A stretch of DNA of 34,441 bases from a virus (Duplodnaviria > Caudoviricetes): positions 1-34,441 of IMG/VR virus record IMGVR_UViG_3300049488_000029. The stretch is one strand, 5' to 3'. Position numbers and translations under genes: made by a program. Shown one piece after another: positions 1 through 9,787 of the stretch. Each line of letters starts with the position of its first letter. Position 1 is the first letter of the stretch. The notes beneath the pieces were generated by a model. That model ran no database searches and was not told the origin of the DNA. It worked only from the letters and a program-made list of their open reading frames with translations.

Positions 1-163
1 ACCTAGAAAAGATTTAGAAGATATTAAATTCGATGGATGGCAGCAGTTAGATGCTCTTGTTGTTTGGTCCAATGAAGCTTACTGTGCTGAAAGATTAGGC
101 ATAAGTGTTGATGCTTTAGCTTATAAAATTAAAGAAAAAACAGGCTTAAGTTTTTCTGAATAT
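1..163. repeat. Terminal overlap, left copy (circular permutation or assembly overlap)
   Basis: Identical to 34279-34441 except position 37 (A) versus 34315 (C). Confidence 0.97.
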
Positions 164-349
164 AAACAACAAAAGAAAGAGCCATTAAGAATTAATTTAT
201 TAAAGAAACAATATGATGTTGCAATGGCAGGAAATGTTTCAATGTTAATTTGGCTAGGTAAGAATGAATTAGGTCAATCAGATAAGCAAGATGTTTTAGC
301 CAAATCAGAAGTCGCTATTATAATTGATAAAGATGACTCAAATCTTTAA
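2..349 (+). CDS. terS: Terminase small subunit, 3' part (starts at ATG 34253; 124 aa when joined)
   Basis: Frame 2 is open to TAA 347-349; ...AERLGISVDAL...GNVSMLIWLGKNELGQSDK is typical of TerS; overlaps the terL start. Confidence 0.85.
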   Translation, partial: PRKDLEDIKFDGWQQLDALVVWSNEAYCAERLGISVDALAYKIKEKTGLSFSEYKQQKKEPLRINLLKKQYDVAMAGNVSMLIWLGKNELGQSDKQDVLAKSEVAIIIDKDDSNL

Positions 350-1598
350 GAAAACAAAAATTCAAGATAAAGCAGTAAGGCTACTTAGTGGCTCGCATAG
401 ACATATTATGCTGTATGGTGGCTCAAGAAGTGGAAAAACTTTAATACTTGTAAGGTCTATAGTCATACGAGCATGTAAAGAAAAATCAAGGCACATAATT
501 TTAAGAGATAAATTCAATCATGCAAAAACATCTATTTGGATGGATACTTTGCCTAAAGTTCTTTCTATATGCTTCCCTCAATTGAAAGTTTCTTGGTCTA
601 AAACTGACTTCTATATAAATTTTCCAAATGGTTCTGAAATCTGGATAGCAGGTTTGGACGATGCTGAAAGAGTTGAGAAGATTTTAGGGAAAGAATACAC
701 TACAATTTATTTTAATGAGTGCTCACAGATTTCTTACTCTTCAATACAAGTTGCACTTACTCGTTTAGCAGAAAAAAATGGTCTTACTAAAAAAGTCTAT
801 TACGACGAAAATCCACCTACTAAAAGACATTGGTCTTATTGGTTATTTATTAAAGGCATTGATCCAGAAGAAAATAATGCCATAGATAATAGCTCTTATG
901 CTTCGATGTTGATGAACCCTAAAGATAACTTAGAGAATATTGACCAAGATTATATCACAGAGATACTTTCTAAAATGCCTGAGAATCAAAGAAAGAGATT
1001 TGAATTAGGCGAATTTCAAGATGATTCAGACGGAGCCGTATATTATTCTTTTGACAGAGAAAAGAATGTAAAAATTGTAGATGATTCATTCCATCAAGGG
1101 CAAGTTGCCGTTGGAATGGATTTTAACGTTAATCCTATGACAGCAGTAGTCGGGTATTACATTAATAAAAAGTTTTATATTGTTGATGAAATTTATATGG
1201 AAAACTCGGATACTTATAAGATGAGCCAAGAGCTTCAAAGAAGAGGGTTTAAAGGTGCTACAATTTACCCTGACTCAACTGGTAGCAATAGAAAAACTTC
1301 TGGAAGATCGGACCATGAAATTTTGAGACAAGATGGATTTAGAATACAATCCACTAGAAATCCGATTGTATTTGACCGAGTGAACAATATAAATAGACTA
1401 TTATTTGAGCAAAAAATTGTTATTGATCCACGTTGTAGAAAATTAATTGCTGATTTAGAAAAGGTTTCATGGAAAAATAACGAGATAGATAAAAAGAGTG
1501 ATTCCTCTTTGACTCACATTTCAGATGCTTTAGGCTATTGGTGTTGGAATGTTGATAATATTACTTTAAGACCGTTGAATAGAATTGAAATATCATAA
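333..1598 (+). CDS. terL: Terminase large subunit (PBSX-like)
   Basis: Walker A GGSRSGKT, Walker B IYFNE, ENP coupling motif, nuclease GMDFN...HISDA; ATG 333 preferred over TTG 324. Confidence 0.96.
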   Translation: MTQIFKKTKIQDKAVRLLSGSHRHIMLYGGSRSGKTLILVRSIVIRACKEKSRHIILRDKFNHAKTSIWMDTLPKVLSICFPQLKVSWSKTDFYINFPNGSEIWIAGLDDAERVEKILGKEYTTIYFNECSQISYSSIQVALTRLAEKNGLTKKVYYDENPPTKRHWSYWLFIKGIDPEENNAIDNSSYASMLMNPKDNLENIDQDYITEILSKMPENQRKRFELGEFQDDSDGAVYYSFDREKNVKIVDDSFHQGQVAVGMDFNVNPMTAVVGYYINKKFYIVDEIYMENSDTYKMSQELQRRGFKGATIYPDSTGSNRKTSGRSDHEILRQDGFRIQSTRNPIVFDRVNNINRLLFEQKIVIDPRCRKLIADLEKVSWKNNEIDKKSDSSLTHISDALGYWCWNVDNITLRPLNRIEIS

Positions 1599-1606
1599 GG
1601 GAATTT

Positions 1607-3037
1607 ATGCAATTAACAGATGAAATAGTTTTTGAAATCTTATCTAATATTGAACACAAGCAAAACCAAGAAAGAAAGAAACGAGAATATATATCAGAGC
1701 AAATCTATGATGGGAACTTGTGGTTTTACGTTAAAGAAAGATTGAAACAATGGTACCCAATTACTTATGAAAATTATTCCATATCTGACTATTCAGTTCT
1801 TAAGAAAGTTGTAGATAAAAAATCAAAAGCATACAAAGAAGCCCCAAAAAGAAAACTTGAAAATGATGCAGAAACTAACGCTTATGAAGAAATCACTAAA
1901 GAAGGTGATTTAAACGTTGCTATGAAAAGAATTGATAAGCTTTACAATCAACACAAATACACTGCTATCGGTATTTTCAAAGAAGATGATGGCTATGACT
2001 TTGTGCCGTTAGCTCCATATTCTTTTGATGTAGTTAAAGACAATGATGGTAACGTTGTTTGCTATATTATTTCTTATCCTGATCAATTCGTGACAGATGG
2101 ACCATTTAAAGATTTATATAACCCTCTTATTGCTGAAACAGGTGGGCAAGATGAAGGTATTGGTAAAAAGCTTTATGCATTTTGGACTGACACAGATCAT
2201 AAACTGATTAGGGTATCGACTCAATCGAATGGAGAAAAGAAATTTGAAAACGTTCCAATCGATGGCAACCCAGACAATATCAACCCTTATGGCGTTCTTC
2301 CTTTTGTTTTTCTTCCTCATGAAATTGATCAGAATTACCCTAATCCTTCGCCACTTGCAGGGCAGACAGTCGAAGTAAATGCACTTAACTCTGTCTATTT
2401 AACATCTGGGAATATGCAGATAGGTCAATTAATTCTTAAATATCCAGCAGACCAAGATATTAAAACAGTTTCTCAAGGATTAATGACAGCTATTAAGCTT
2501 CCACAATCTACTAACCCAGATAGCAAGGAAACTACAGCCGATTATATTAGCCCAAGCCCTGATTTAGCAGGTCACAGAGAATCAATTATGACTTTCTTGT
2601 CTATGATTTTAGATGAGCAAGGGATTCAATCTAATCAAGTTATCACAGGTCAAAATGAAAAGTTTTCTTCTGGCTTTGATAGACTATTATCAAGCGCAGA
2701 TGTTCAAACTATCATTGAAGAAAATCAAGAATTATACCATTACGTAGAATGTGAGATTTACGAGATCATTAAAAAGATTGAAGAAAATTATGGTTCTATG
2801 GTTTTTAAATCAAAAGATTTACAGATAACTTATAAGAAGCCCAAAGTTCTTATATCTGATACTGAAAAACTAGACAACATTCAAAAGATGCAAGAATTAG
2901 GATTATTGGAGAATTGGGAAAAGTTTCAATTGATCGATCCAAATTTATCAGAAGACCAAGCAAAAGAAAAAGCTGGAAGGATTCAGAAAGAAAAATCAGT
3001 ATTACTTCAAGGTTTAAATAATGTTCAGCAAGGATGA
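1607..3037 (+). CDS. Portal protein
   Basis: 476 aa directly after terL; NPYGVLPFV portal motif. Confidence 0.9.
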   Translation: MQLTDEIVFEILSNIEHKQNQERKKREYISEQIYDGNLWFYVKERLKQWYPITYENYSISDYSVLKKVVDKKSKAYKEAPKRKLENDAETNAYEEITKEGDLNVAMKRIDKLYNQHKYTAIGIFKEDDGYDFVPLAPYSFDVVKDNDGNVVCYIISYPDQFVTDGPFKDLYNPLIAETGGQDEGIGKKLYAFWTDTDHKLIRVSTQSNGEKKFENVPIDGNPDNINPYGVLPFVFLPHEIDQNYPNPSPLAGQTVEVNALNSVYLTSGNMQIGQLILKYPADQDIKTVSQGLMTAIKLPQSTNPDSKETTADYISPSPDLAGHRESIMTFLSMILDEQGIQSNQVITGQNEKFSSGFDRLLSSADVQTIIEENQELYHYVECEIYEIIKKIEENYGSMVFKSKDLQITYKKPKVLISDTEKLDNIQKMQELGLLENWEKFQLIDPNLSEDQAKEKAGRIQKEKSVLLQGLNNVQQG

Positions 3038-3491
3038 AGTGTCAGCATTTATCCCTATTGATCTGCCAGAAGAATTAAGCAGATCAGAAAAAGCTAAAGC
3101 AAAAAAAGATATAGCTGAATACGTTTTAACATCAATCCTGGATTATGTTGGTGAAGGTAAAAGTCCTATAGTTGGTGAGTCGTTTAAGAAGCTAGGTAAG
3201 AGCTATGCAGATAATGAAAAAGGTGGAGACAGAACACCTAATTTAGATTTGAATGGCGATATGTTAGATGCTCTCATTTCAAAACCTAAAGGCGATGGCA
3301 TAGAGATAGGTATATTCAAAAAGAAAGAAGCTATTAAGGCTTATAATCACAATATAGGCGACACACTTCCAAGGCGAAGATTTATACCTGCCAAGAATCA
3401 GACGCTAAAAAAAGACATTTTAAACGGAATTGACGACATTATTCAGGAGTACCTTGATGCTAGGGAAACAAATAACAAAAAAAATAAATGA
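3021..3491 (+). CDS. Virion morphogenesis/neck protein (Mu gpG/P2 gpS-like), paralog 1
   Basis: PNLDLNGDMLDAL...HN.G..LPRRRFIP pattern. Confidence 0.65.
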   Translation: MFSKDEVSAFIPIDLPEELSRSEKAKAKKDIAEYVLTSILDYVGEGKSPIVGESFKKLGKSYADNEKGGDRTPNLDLNGDMLDALISKPKGDGIEIGIFKKKEAIKAYNHNIGDTLPRRRFIPAKNQTLKKDILNGIDDIIQEYLDARETNNKKNK

Positions 3492-3984
3492 TGCTATTAG
3501 ACAAAAGACAACTAAGGAATTATTTAAGCAATTACTAGGGAAGAATGGGATCATTTCAGTCATTGTTGATCTAATTAAAAAAGGTATCAGCCCAGTTAAA
3601 GGCTTCGCAGGAAGATTCGAGAAATATTCAGACTCTTATAAAAAGAAATTCGGTAAAGGTGAACTTAAAAGTAAAAAGAAATCACCCGTCAACTTAACTG
3701 CAACTGGTGAAATGCTTAATTCTTTATACATTAAACAGGAAGGCAATAAATTATTTGTTATGTCCAAAGGGGCTAGAAATAATAAACTACTTGATATCCA
3801 CAACACTAAAGGGGCTAGTAGAAAGAAAGTCATTAGAAGGCTTTTGCCAACTAACCAAGGTGAAGAATTTTCTCCAAGGATTAATAAACTGCTTTTAGAT
3901 AAAGCAAAAAAGTCACTCACATTCTCACTATTGAAGTTCTTGCCATCGAAGGCATTAAAGATAAAAATTAACACTAATAAATGA
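3457..3984 (+). CDS. Virion morphogenesis/neck protein, paralog 2
   Basis: VNLTATGEMLNSL...HN..G...RRLLP; AGGAG 3445-3449 precedes ATG 3457. Confidence 0.65.
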   Translation: MLGKQITKKINDAIRQKTTKELFKQLLGKNGIISVIVDLIKKGISPVKGFAGRFEKYSDSYKKKFGKGELKSKKKSPVNLTATGEMLNSLYIKQEGNKLFVMSKGARNNKLLDIHNTKGASRKKVIRRLLPTNQGEEFSPRINKLLLDKAKKSLTFSLLKFLPSKALKIKINTNK

Positions 3985-3986
3985 CA

Positions 3987-4018
3987 CCGCTTTACAACTA
4001 AGCGGAATTTGGTAACAT
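3987..4018 (+). promoter_or_regulatory. Putative sigma70 promoter for scaffold/capsid, overlapped by an inverted repeat
   Basis: TTTACA 3991-3996, 16 nt, TGn-TAACAT 4013-4018; CCGCTT/AAGCGG inverted repeat 3987-4005. Confidence 0.5.
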
Positions 4019-4033
4019 AATAGGAGAAAAGCA

Positions 4034-4660
4034 ATGACAGATCAAAGTGCCAATGTCGAAGGACAAGGCAACCAAAGCGAAGGCAATGGAAAAAGTTCAG
4101 AAGTTACACTTGAATCATTAACGAAGATGGTTGAGGAACTGAAAGGGACCAATTCTAGGCTTCTCGATGAATCAAAAAAGAACAAAGAACTTGCTCATTC
4201 GTACAAGAAAGAAAAAGAAGTCTTAGTAAACGAGAAGCTGGAAAGCTCAACAAACTTAGAGGAACAATTAAAAATTTGGAAAGAGAAAGCTTCGAAGCTG
4301 GAAACAGAAAAGAAAGATATCTCTAAAAAAGCTTTAACTGAATCAATTTTCTCTAGAGTTGTTAAGTATGCTCCTAATGCTCATAACCATAAAGACCTTC
4401 TTAATCAAAGCGAATACGCATCAATTCTATATGATGGGATAGATGAAGAAAGCCTTTCAATATCGGATGATGCAGTTAAATTGTATGTGCAAACACTGAA
4501 TGAAAACAAACCTTATCTGTTCAAGCAATCGCAAAGCGTAGGAACATTTAATAAAAAACCACCAACCGAAAACCCTACAGTCGGTAAAAATGTTAACTCA
4601 ATGGATAAAAATGAAATCCTTGAAGCATTGAAAAAACTTGGTGGGAATAGCTTAATTTAG
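4034..4660 (+). CDS. Capsid scaffolding protein
   Basis: Charged coiled coil with KPYLF motif, just upstream of the capsid gene; AGGAG RBS. Confidence 0.8.
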   Translation: MTDQSANVEGQGNQSEGNGKSSEVTLESLTKMVEELKGTNSRLLDESKKNKELAHSYKKEKEVLVNEKLESSTNLEEQLKIWKEKASKLETEKKDISKKALTESIFSRVVKYAPNAHNHKDLLNQSEYASILYDGIDEESLSISDDAVKLYVQTLNENKPYLFKQSQSVGTFNKKPPTENPTVGKNVNSMDKNEILEALKKLGGNSLI

Positions 4661-4668
4661 GAGATAAA

Positions 4669-5502
4669 ATGGCTGATTTAATTCATGGTAATACACAAAC
4701 AGGTGCTACAAAGCAAGACTTGATCGCTGCTCTAGTTCAAAAAGAACTAGCTTTTAACGCTCAACTTCTTCCACTTATTACTAACGTTTCTCAATTTGCA
4801 ATCAAGGGAGCTAAATCAATCAGCTTCCCAAAATTGACTTCTTTTTCTGTATCAAACAGAACTTCTGGTGCTCAAGGTGATGCTTCTGTTTTAACTTCAA
4901 GTGTAGATAAACTTGACCTTGATCAAGCAGCTTATTTAGCTTGGATCGTTGATTCAAATGATGAAGTTCAATCAACAATTGAATGGCAATCAGAACTAGC
5001 TATGAGAGCAGCCGCAGCGCATGGCCGCTATGTTGATACTCACGTTATTTCTAAATTAGAAGCTCATGGTTATGCAATCGCAACTGCTGGTGACATCACT
5101 AGAGATATCGTTTTAGATATGCGTGAACATTTACTAGCTAACTTTGCAAACAAAGATGCTCTAAGTTTGATCGTTGGTGTTGATCAAGAAAAAGCTATGC
5201 TTAAAATTGAAGAATTTACTAGAGCTGAAGTTTATGGTTCTGCTGTAATCCCTAACGGAATGATCGGAAAAGTTTACGGAGTTCCAGTTTATGTTCATAA
5301 TGGGTTAGCAGCTTCTTCTTACTATATGTTTGATAAAGCTGGTATCGCTTTAGCTTTCCAAAAAACTCCTGCGATGTCTGAACAATCAGCAAATGAATTT
5401 GGAACAGGTGCTAAACGTGTTGCTATGGACCAATTATTTGGTGCAAAAGGCTTACAGTTAGTTTCTGGTGTTTCTAAGTTAATCGTTAAGGATGACAACT
5501 AA
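4669..5502 (+). CDS. Major capsid protein (HK97 fold)
   Basis: 277 aa; GMIGKVYGVPVY and DQLFG motifs; strong RBS and biased codon use. Confidence 0.9.
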   Translation: MADLIHGNTQTGATKQDLIAALVQKELAFNAQLLPLITNVSQFAIKGAKSISFPKLTSFSVSNRTSGAQGDASVLTSSVDKLDLDQAAYLAWIVDSNDEVQSTIEWQSELAMRAAAAHGRYVDTHVISKLEAHGYAIATAGDITRDIVLDMREHLLANFANKDALSLIVGVDQEKAMLKIEEFTRAEVYGSAVIPNGMIGKVYGVPVYVHNGLAASSYYMFDKAGIALAFQKTPAMSEQSANEFGTGAKRVAMDQLFGAKGLQLVSGVSKLIVKDDN

Positions 5503-5504
5503 GT

Positions 5505-5696
5505 TTGAACAAAATTAGCATAATCCCTAATTACATAGTAGCCGCAACTTTAAAAGAGTTGCGGTTTCTTATGTTGAAAAACAATATTGCTAAGGGCGGT
5601 CAAGTTATCTATTTCGATATCCAATTCGTTGAAAAAAAATGGTATGCGTTTTATAATGAAGATGCTGAAGAATCACTTCTAAGGAACTCTTTATGA
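5505..5696 (+). CDS. Small hypothetical head-module protein
   Basis: TTG start 2 nt after the capsid stop; ATGA overlap with the next ORF. Confidence 0.6.
   Translation: MNKISIIPNYIVAATLKELRFLMLKNNIAKGGQVIYFDIQFVEKKWYAFYNEDAEESLLRNSL
5540..5570 (+). terminator. Intrinsic terminator/attenuator after the capsid gene
   Basis: AGCCGCAACTT/GAGTTGCGGTT stem followed by TCTT, inside the next ORF. Confidence 0.7.
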
Positions 5697-5974
5697 TGCC
5701 ATTCAACGAAAAAGAGCGTGAATATAAAAAGTTCCGTAGTTCTGGGGGCAATTCAAAAGTTGCAGTAGTTAGTGAAGAAGATTCTCAAGGGTTAATTGTT
5801 GACCAAGTTTCATCTACTTTGATTTATCTTGGTGAAGGATTAATTGGTGCTTTAACTAGTGAACCTAAATGGAAGGTTAAGAAAATTGATTTATCTAGTG
5901 GCATAAGAATAACTTGCGCTAGTTCTGAATTTGATAATATTTGGGACAATAGGAGTTCATTAACTTATGTCTGA
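5693..5974 (+). CDS. Hypothetical virion protein
   Basis: IYLGE...SEPKWKVKKI...FDNIWDNRSSLTY pattern; operon coupling. Confidence 0.6.
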   Translation: MMPFNEKEREYKKFRSSGGNSKVAVVSEEDSQGLIVDQVSSTLIYLGEGLIGALTSEPKWKVKKIDLSSGIRITCASSEFDNIWDNRSSLTYV

Positions 5975-6332
5975 TTTCAAAATTGTTCAACTATTAAATC
6001 CTATTCAATTAAATCTTACAGGTGACATTAATTTTACAGGAGAATATAATAATTCAACTGCATATAATGCACTTGATTCTGTATCTTACAATGGAAGCTC
6101 TTATGTTGCTTTATCATCAACAACTGGGAACACTCCAACTAACACGACTTACTGGCAATTATTAGCTGAAAAAGGTGAAGATGGGGCAGGTGTTACAGAT
6201 CATGGGATGCTAACTGGTTTAAGTGATGATGATCACACTCAATATCATAACGATACGAGAGGAGATATTCGCTATTATACGAAATCTCAAATTGATAATT
6301 TAGTCATAATTAATAGTTTAATATTTGGATAA
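5967..6332 (+). CDS. Virion protein with a CBM5/12-like carbohydrate-binding module
   Basis: GEYNNSTAYNALDSVSYNGSSYVAL...PTNTTYWQLLA plus DHGMLTGLSDDDHTQY. Confidence 0.6.
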   Translation: MSDFKIVQLLNPIQLNLTGDINFTGEYNNSTAYNALDSVSYNGSSYVALSSTTGNTPTNTTYWQLLAEKGEDGAGVTDHGMLTGLSDDDHTQYHNDTRGDIRYYTKSQIDNLVIINSLIFG

Positions 6333-6335
6333 ATA

Positions 6336-9300
6336 ATGAAGATAGTTTTACAAAGTGGTTACTCTTTCAATGCAGCAACAAAAGAGATTGATTTTTCTGG
6401 GTATGCAAGCTTTGATAAAAAGAATCTCTTGGCGGTTATTAATACAACAAAAGAAGCTGTTATTTATGCTGTTGGTTCACCCAATGGGGCGAGTTGGGCG
6501 TCAAATGTTGCGACTTTGGATTTCGATACAACTACACACAGTAACTCGGATGTTATTCAAATCTTTTATGATGAACCAAATGCAAACCTAAGTTCATCGG
6601 TTCAAACTTCACAATTAACAGTTTTAAATAATTTATTAAGTGAATTAGAGCTAAAAGCTAACTTATTTGAGACTCAGCCTGTTTCAATTTCAAGTCTTCC
6701 ACTTCCAAGTGGTTCAGCGACTTCAGCCAATCAAATTACAACAAATGGCAAGCTAGATAACTTATTAACTGAACTTCAATTAAAAGCTGATTTAAGTGAA
6801 ATACAACCAGTAAGCGCGGCAAGTCTACCATTGCCATCTGGCGCAGCCACGAGTGCTAATCAAGTCACGACTAATTCTAAATTGGATACACTAATCGCTA
6901 AAGATTTTTCTACAAGTGCCAAACAAGATACAGGAAATTCTTTTCTATCTAATATTGATGGGCATACAGCCAACATTGAGTCTTACGCGTCAACATCTAC
7001 TTCGTATCTTGGAAGCATTCAGTCTGCAATCACTAATAATGAAAAAGATGCAGGTTCAGGAATTGGATCATCTGGTAGAAATGTTCTCATTGGTGGAATG
7101 TATCGAGATAGCTTCACGGAGACTTTAAGTAATGGTGACCAATGCGAACTTGCAGTAACCAGTAAGGGTATTTTAAAAGTTCAACCTGAACTCACTCCGA
7201 TATTTTCGGCATTACCTTTAGATGTTAATTTCCCCTCGCTTCAATTTGTTTCTTCTAAAAGCGAAAGAGCGGGTTCGTCGGCAATCGCTCAAGAATCAAA
7301 GGGTGTTTTAATTGCAGGACAAGAAGACAATTCAATTCAGCGAAATATCAAAGTTGACTCATCTGGAAAAGTTCATGTCATTGATGATAATTCAATCAAT
7401 GGATCACAGCTAACTAAAATATACGATGGGACTAGTGTTATAGGTTCGGTTTCGAGCGGTGGAAGTGCTGCCTTAATGACCGCTCAGTCAGCCACTAATT
7501 TCATTTTCTCAAGTGGAAACTCATTCAATACTACATTGAGCGGTGGAGCTACAATAACAGGCTCAATCGTTACAACTCTAAACCAGCAAGCATACTCTAT
7601 TTTGATTAAAAATAATCAAATCGGGAACGTTTTTTTATACATGTATATTGATGCAGCAGGGACGCAACTTGCTCAGACAATTACTTTTTCAGCGGCAGCA
7701 GGTGGATTTGCTCGCTCTGGCGTTGTGAATGGAAATTATTTCAAACTTCAATATCAAAATGCCTCTGGTATTTCAGATACAGTCGTAATTGACACATACT
7801 TTGGAACTATCCCGAGTGCTACACAGTTAAATAATGCGCCAATTAGCTTAAACGAAGTAAATGGGACTAATTTTACTCTCGGTCAAAAAACTATGGTGAA
7901 CTCTCTCCCTGTAGTTCTATCTTCTGATCAAGCTTCAATCCCTGTGACTGTTTCAGGTGTAGCAACGTCAGCACTTCAGACAACTGGGAACACTTCTTTA
8001 GGGAATATCGATTCAAGGATTGGAACTACAAACACAGGTTTAGGCTCTATCGCTGATTCAGTTGCAACAACTGACACAGGCACATTTTCACTTATCGCTT
8101 TAACTAAAAAGATTGCTCAAAATATAACATCTCTAGCAACTTTATTTCCAACTTCATTAGGACAAAAAGCTGCTGCGTCTTCTTTAGCGGTGACTCTTTC
8201 CAATGAAAATGTTCAAGACCAAGCGATAACTGGACAGTCAGCTCAGACAGCTACAGTTAATAATATTTTAACAACTACGTCAGGATCTACTGCTACGGAC
8301 ACGACAGGTTATAGAAGTTTTGCGATTCAAGTTATTTCAACAGGGACATCAGGTAACTTTATTTTTGAATCATCTAACGACAATATAAACTTTGTTACAT
8401 GCCCAGTTAATAATTTACAGTCTCAAGGTGCTCCAATAGCGGTAGCAATTACAGCTACAGCATCTGCAATTATTTACATTGGCTCATGCACTGCTAGATA
8501 TTTGAGACTAAGAATAGGTTCAACTATTGGCGGTGGTTCGATTCAAGCATTCACTATTCTTTCTCAAAATAATTATAACCCACTTGCAAACTTGGTTCAG
8601 AATGCAACGGCTGCAAATTTAAATGCAACTGTTTCAATTGCAGCGGCTCAGACTTTAGCGACAGTGACTACAGTGGGGACAGTTACAACATGCTCGACTG
8701 TTTCCTCTGTAACGGCAGCCAATTTAGCCTCTGGCTCTGTAACGGATATTGCCTCAGCAGCGATCACGGTCACGTCAACGTCTGGTGCTATTTCTATGGC
8801 AAATACTCAGGCTATAGTTTGTTCTCTAGCGGTAACTGCCGTGAGTGGAACAGCACCAACAATGGACGTAGTTGTCCAAGAGACTTTTGACGGTGGGACA
8901 AATTGGGTTGATGTTTATCATTTTGAAAGAATAACAGCGACAGGATCATACAATACACCACTTTTAAAATTAAGCGGAACTCATATTAGATATGTCCAAA
9001 CTATCGCAGGTACAACACCAAGTTTCACTCGAGGCGTGGTAAGAGTTTCTAGGTCGCTTTCAACCCCAGCAATTAGAAGATTTTTTGACAGAACTATTTC
9101 CGTTAATTCACTCAATGCGACTACTTCCTCAATGTTTATCCAAGGATGCAACAGCATAAACGTACTAGCGAATATGGCAGCAGGTGGAACGCCGCCTGTG
9201 TTCACACTCGAAGGATCAGAGGACAATTCAAATTGGTTCACAGCAAGTGGAACGACTATCGATGCCGTTGCAGGTGGGTTCAAGTTCGTTACTTTCCCTC

Positions 9301-9392
9301 TAGGTATAGTTTGTAAATTTGTTAGATTAAGAGTTTCAACAGCAGGCACAGGGTCAACTTTAAATTACTTAACAGTTACAGCGAGAGATTAA
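6336..9392 (+). CDS. Large S/T/A-rich fibre or decoration protein (1018 aa)
   Basis: Internal 43-aa repeat and repeated beta-rich C-terminal modules; lies between capsid and connector genes. Confidence 0.65.
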   Translation: MKIVLQSGYSFNAATKEIDFSGYASFDKKNLLAVINTTKEAVIYAVGSPNGASWASNVATLDFDTTTHSNSDVIQIFYDEPNANLSSSVQTSQLTVLNNLLSELELKANLFETQPVSISSLPLPSGSATSANQITTNGKLDNLLTELQLKADLSEIQPVSAASLPLPSGAATSANQVTTNSKLDTLIAKDFSTSAKQDTGNSFLSNIDGHTANIESYASTSTSYLGSIQSAITNNEKDAGSGIGSSGRNVLIGGMYRDSFTETLSNGDQCELAVTSKGILKVQPELTPIFSALPLDVNFPSLQFVSSKSERAGSSAIAQESKGVLIAGQEDNSIQRNIKVDSSGKVHVIDDNSINGSQLTKIYDGTSVIGSVSSGGSAALMTAQSATNFIFSSGNSFNTTLSGGATITGSIVTTLNQQAYSILIKNNQIGNVFLYMYIDAAGTQLAQTITFSAAAGGFARSGVVNGNYFKLQYQNASGISDTVVIDTYFGTIPSATQLNNAPISLNEVNGTNFTLGQKTMVNSLPVVLSSDQASIPVTVSGVATSALQTTGNTSLGNIDSRIGTTNTGLGSIADSVATTDTGTFSLIALTKKIAQNITSLATLFPTSLGQKAAASSLAVTLSNENVQDQAITGQSAQTATVNNILTTTSGSTATDTTGYRSFAIQVISTGTSGNFIFESSNDNINFVTCPVNNLQSQGAPIAVAITATASAIIYIGSCTARYLRLRIGSTIGGGSIQAFTILSQNNYNPLANLVQNATAANLNATVSIAAAQTLATVTTVGTVTTCSTVSSVTAANLASGSVTDIASAAITVTSTSGAISMANTQAIVCSLAVTAVSGTAPTMDVVVQETFDGGTNWVDVYHFERITATGSYNTPLLKLSGTHIRYVQTIAGTTPSFTRGVVRVSRSLSTPAIRRFFDRTISVNSLNATTSSMFIQGCNSINVLANMAAGGTPPVFTLEGSEDNSNWFTASGTTIDAVAGGFKFVTFPLGIVCKFVRLRVSTAGTGSTLNYLTVTARD
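6627..6884 (+). repeat. Two diverged 129-nt (43-aa) tandem repeats
   Basis: NLLSELELKA...QPVS..SLPLPSG.ATSANQ.TTN.KLD occurs twice. Confidence 0.9.
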
Positions 9393-9393
9393 T

Positions 9394-9543
9394 ATGTATC
9401 AATTATTTGAGCTACAAGAGGATGGAAGTAAAATTTTACAGGGTGAGTACTTTACTCAATCAGAAGCCGAGGCGGCAATGGATGAGGGAGATACTTATTC
9501 TTTGGAATACAAAGAAGATACTTTTTCACAGGTAATTTTTTAA
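9394..9543 (+). CDS. 49-aa acidic protein (not in the ORF track)
   Basis: MYQLFELQEDGSKILQGEYFTQSEAEAAMDEGDTYSLEYKEDTFSQVIF fills the gap exactly. Confidence 0.7.
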   Translation: MYQLFELQEDGSKILQGEYFTQSEAEAAMDEGDTYSLEYKEDTFSQVIF

Positions 9544-9552
9544 GGATTTTTT

Positions 9553-9777
9553 ATGTCAGCAAATTTTCAAAATATTAAAGCAGGCGCACTCTATGCAAGA
9601 AGAATAATAGACCTTGTTAGGTTGAAGTCTCTAAGAGTGGGCGACATCGTTGACTTGCCTGTAGTTTATACAGAGTACTGGGATGCTCATTCATCGGAAT
9701 TTCAAACCCTTTTAAACAGAAATGGAATGTACTTAAGTGACGAGGGCGGGGATATTTGGAAATTAAGAAACTTATAA
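9553..9777 (+). CDS. Hypothetical protein, paralog A
   Basis: AAGGA RBS; shares D..DLP...T..W and NG..L.D.G...WK with the next ORF. Confidence 0.7.
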   Translation: MSANFQNIKAGALYARRIIDLVRLKSLRVGDIVDLPVVYTEYWDAHSSEFQTLLNRNGMYLSDEGGDIWKLRNL

Positions 9778-9787
9778 GGAGATAAAT

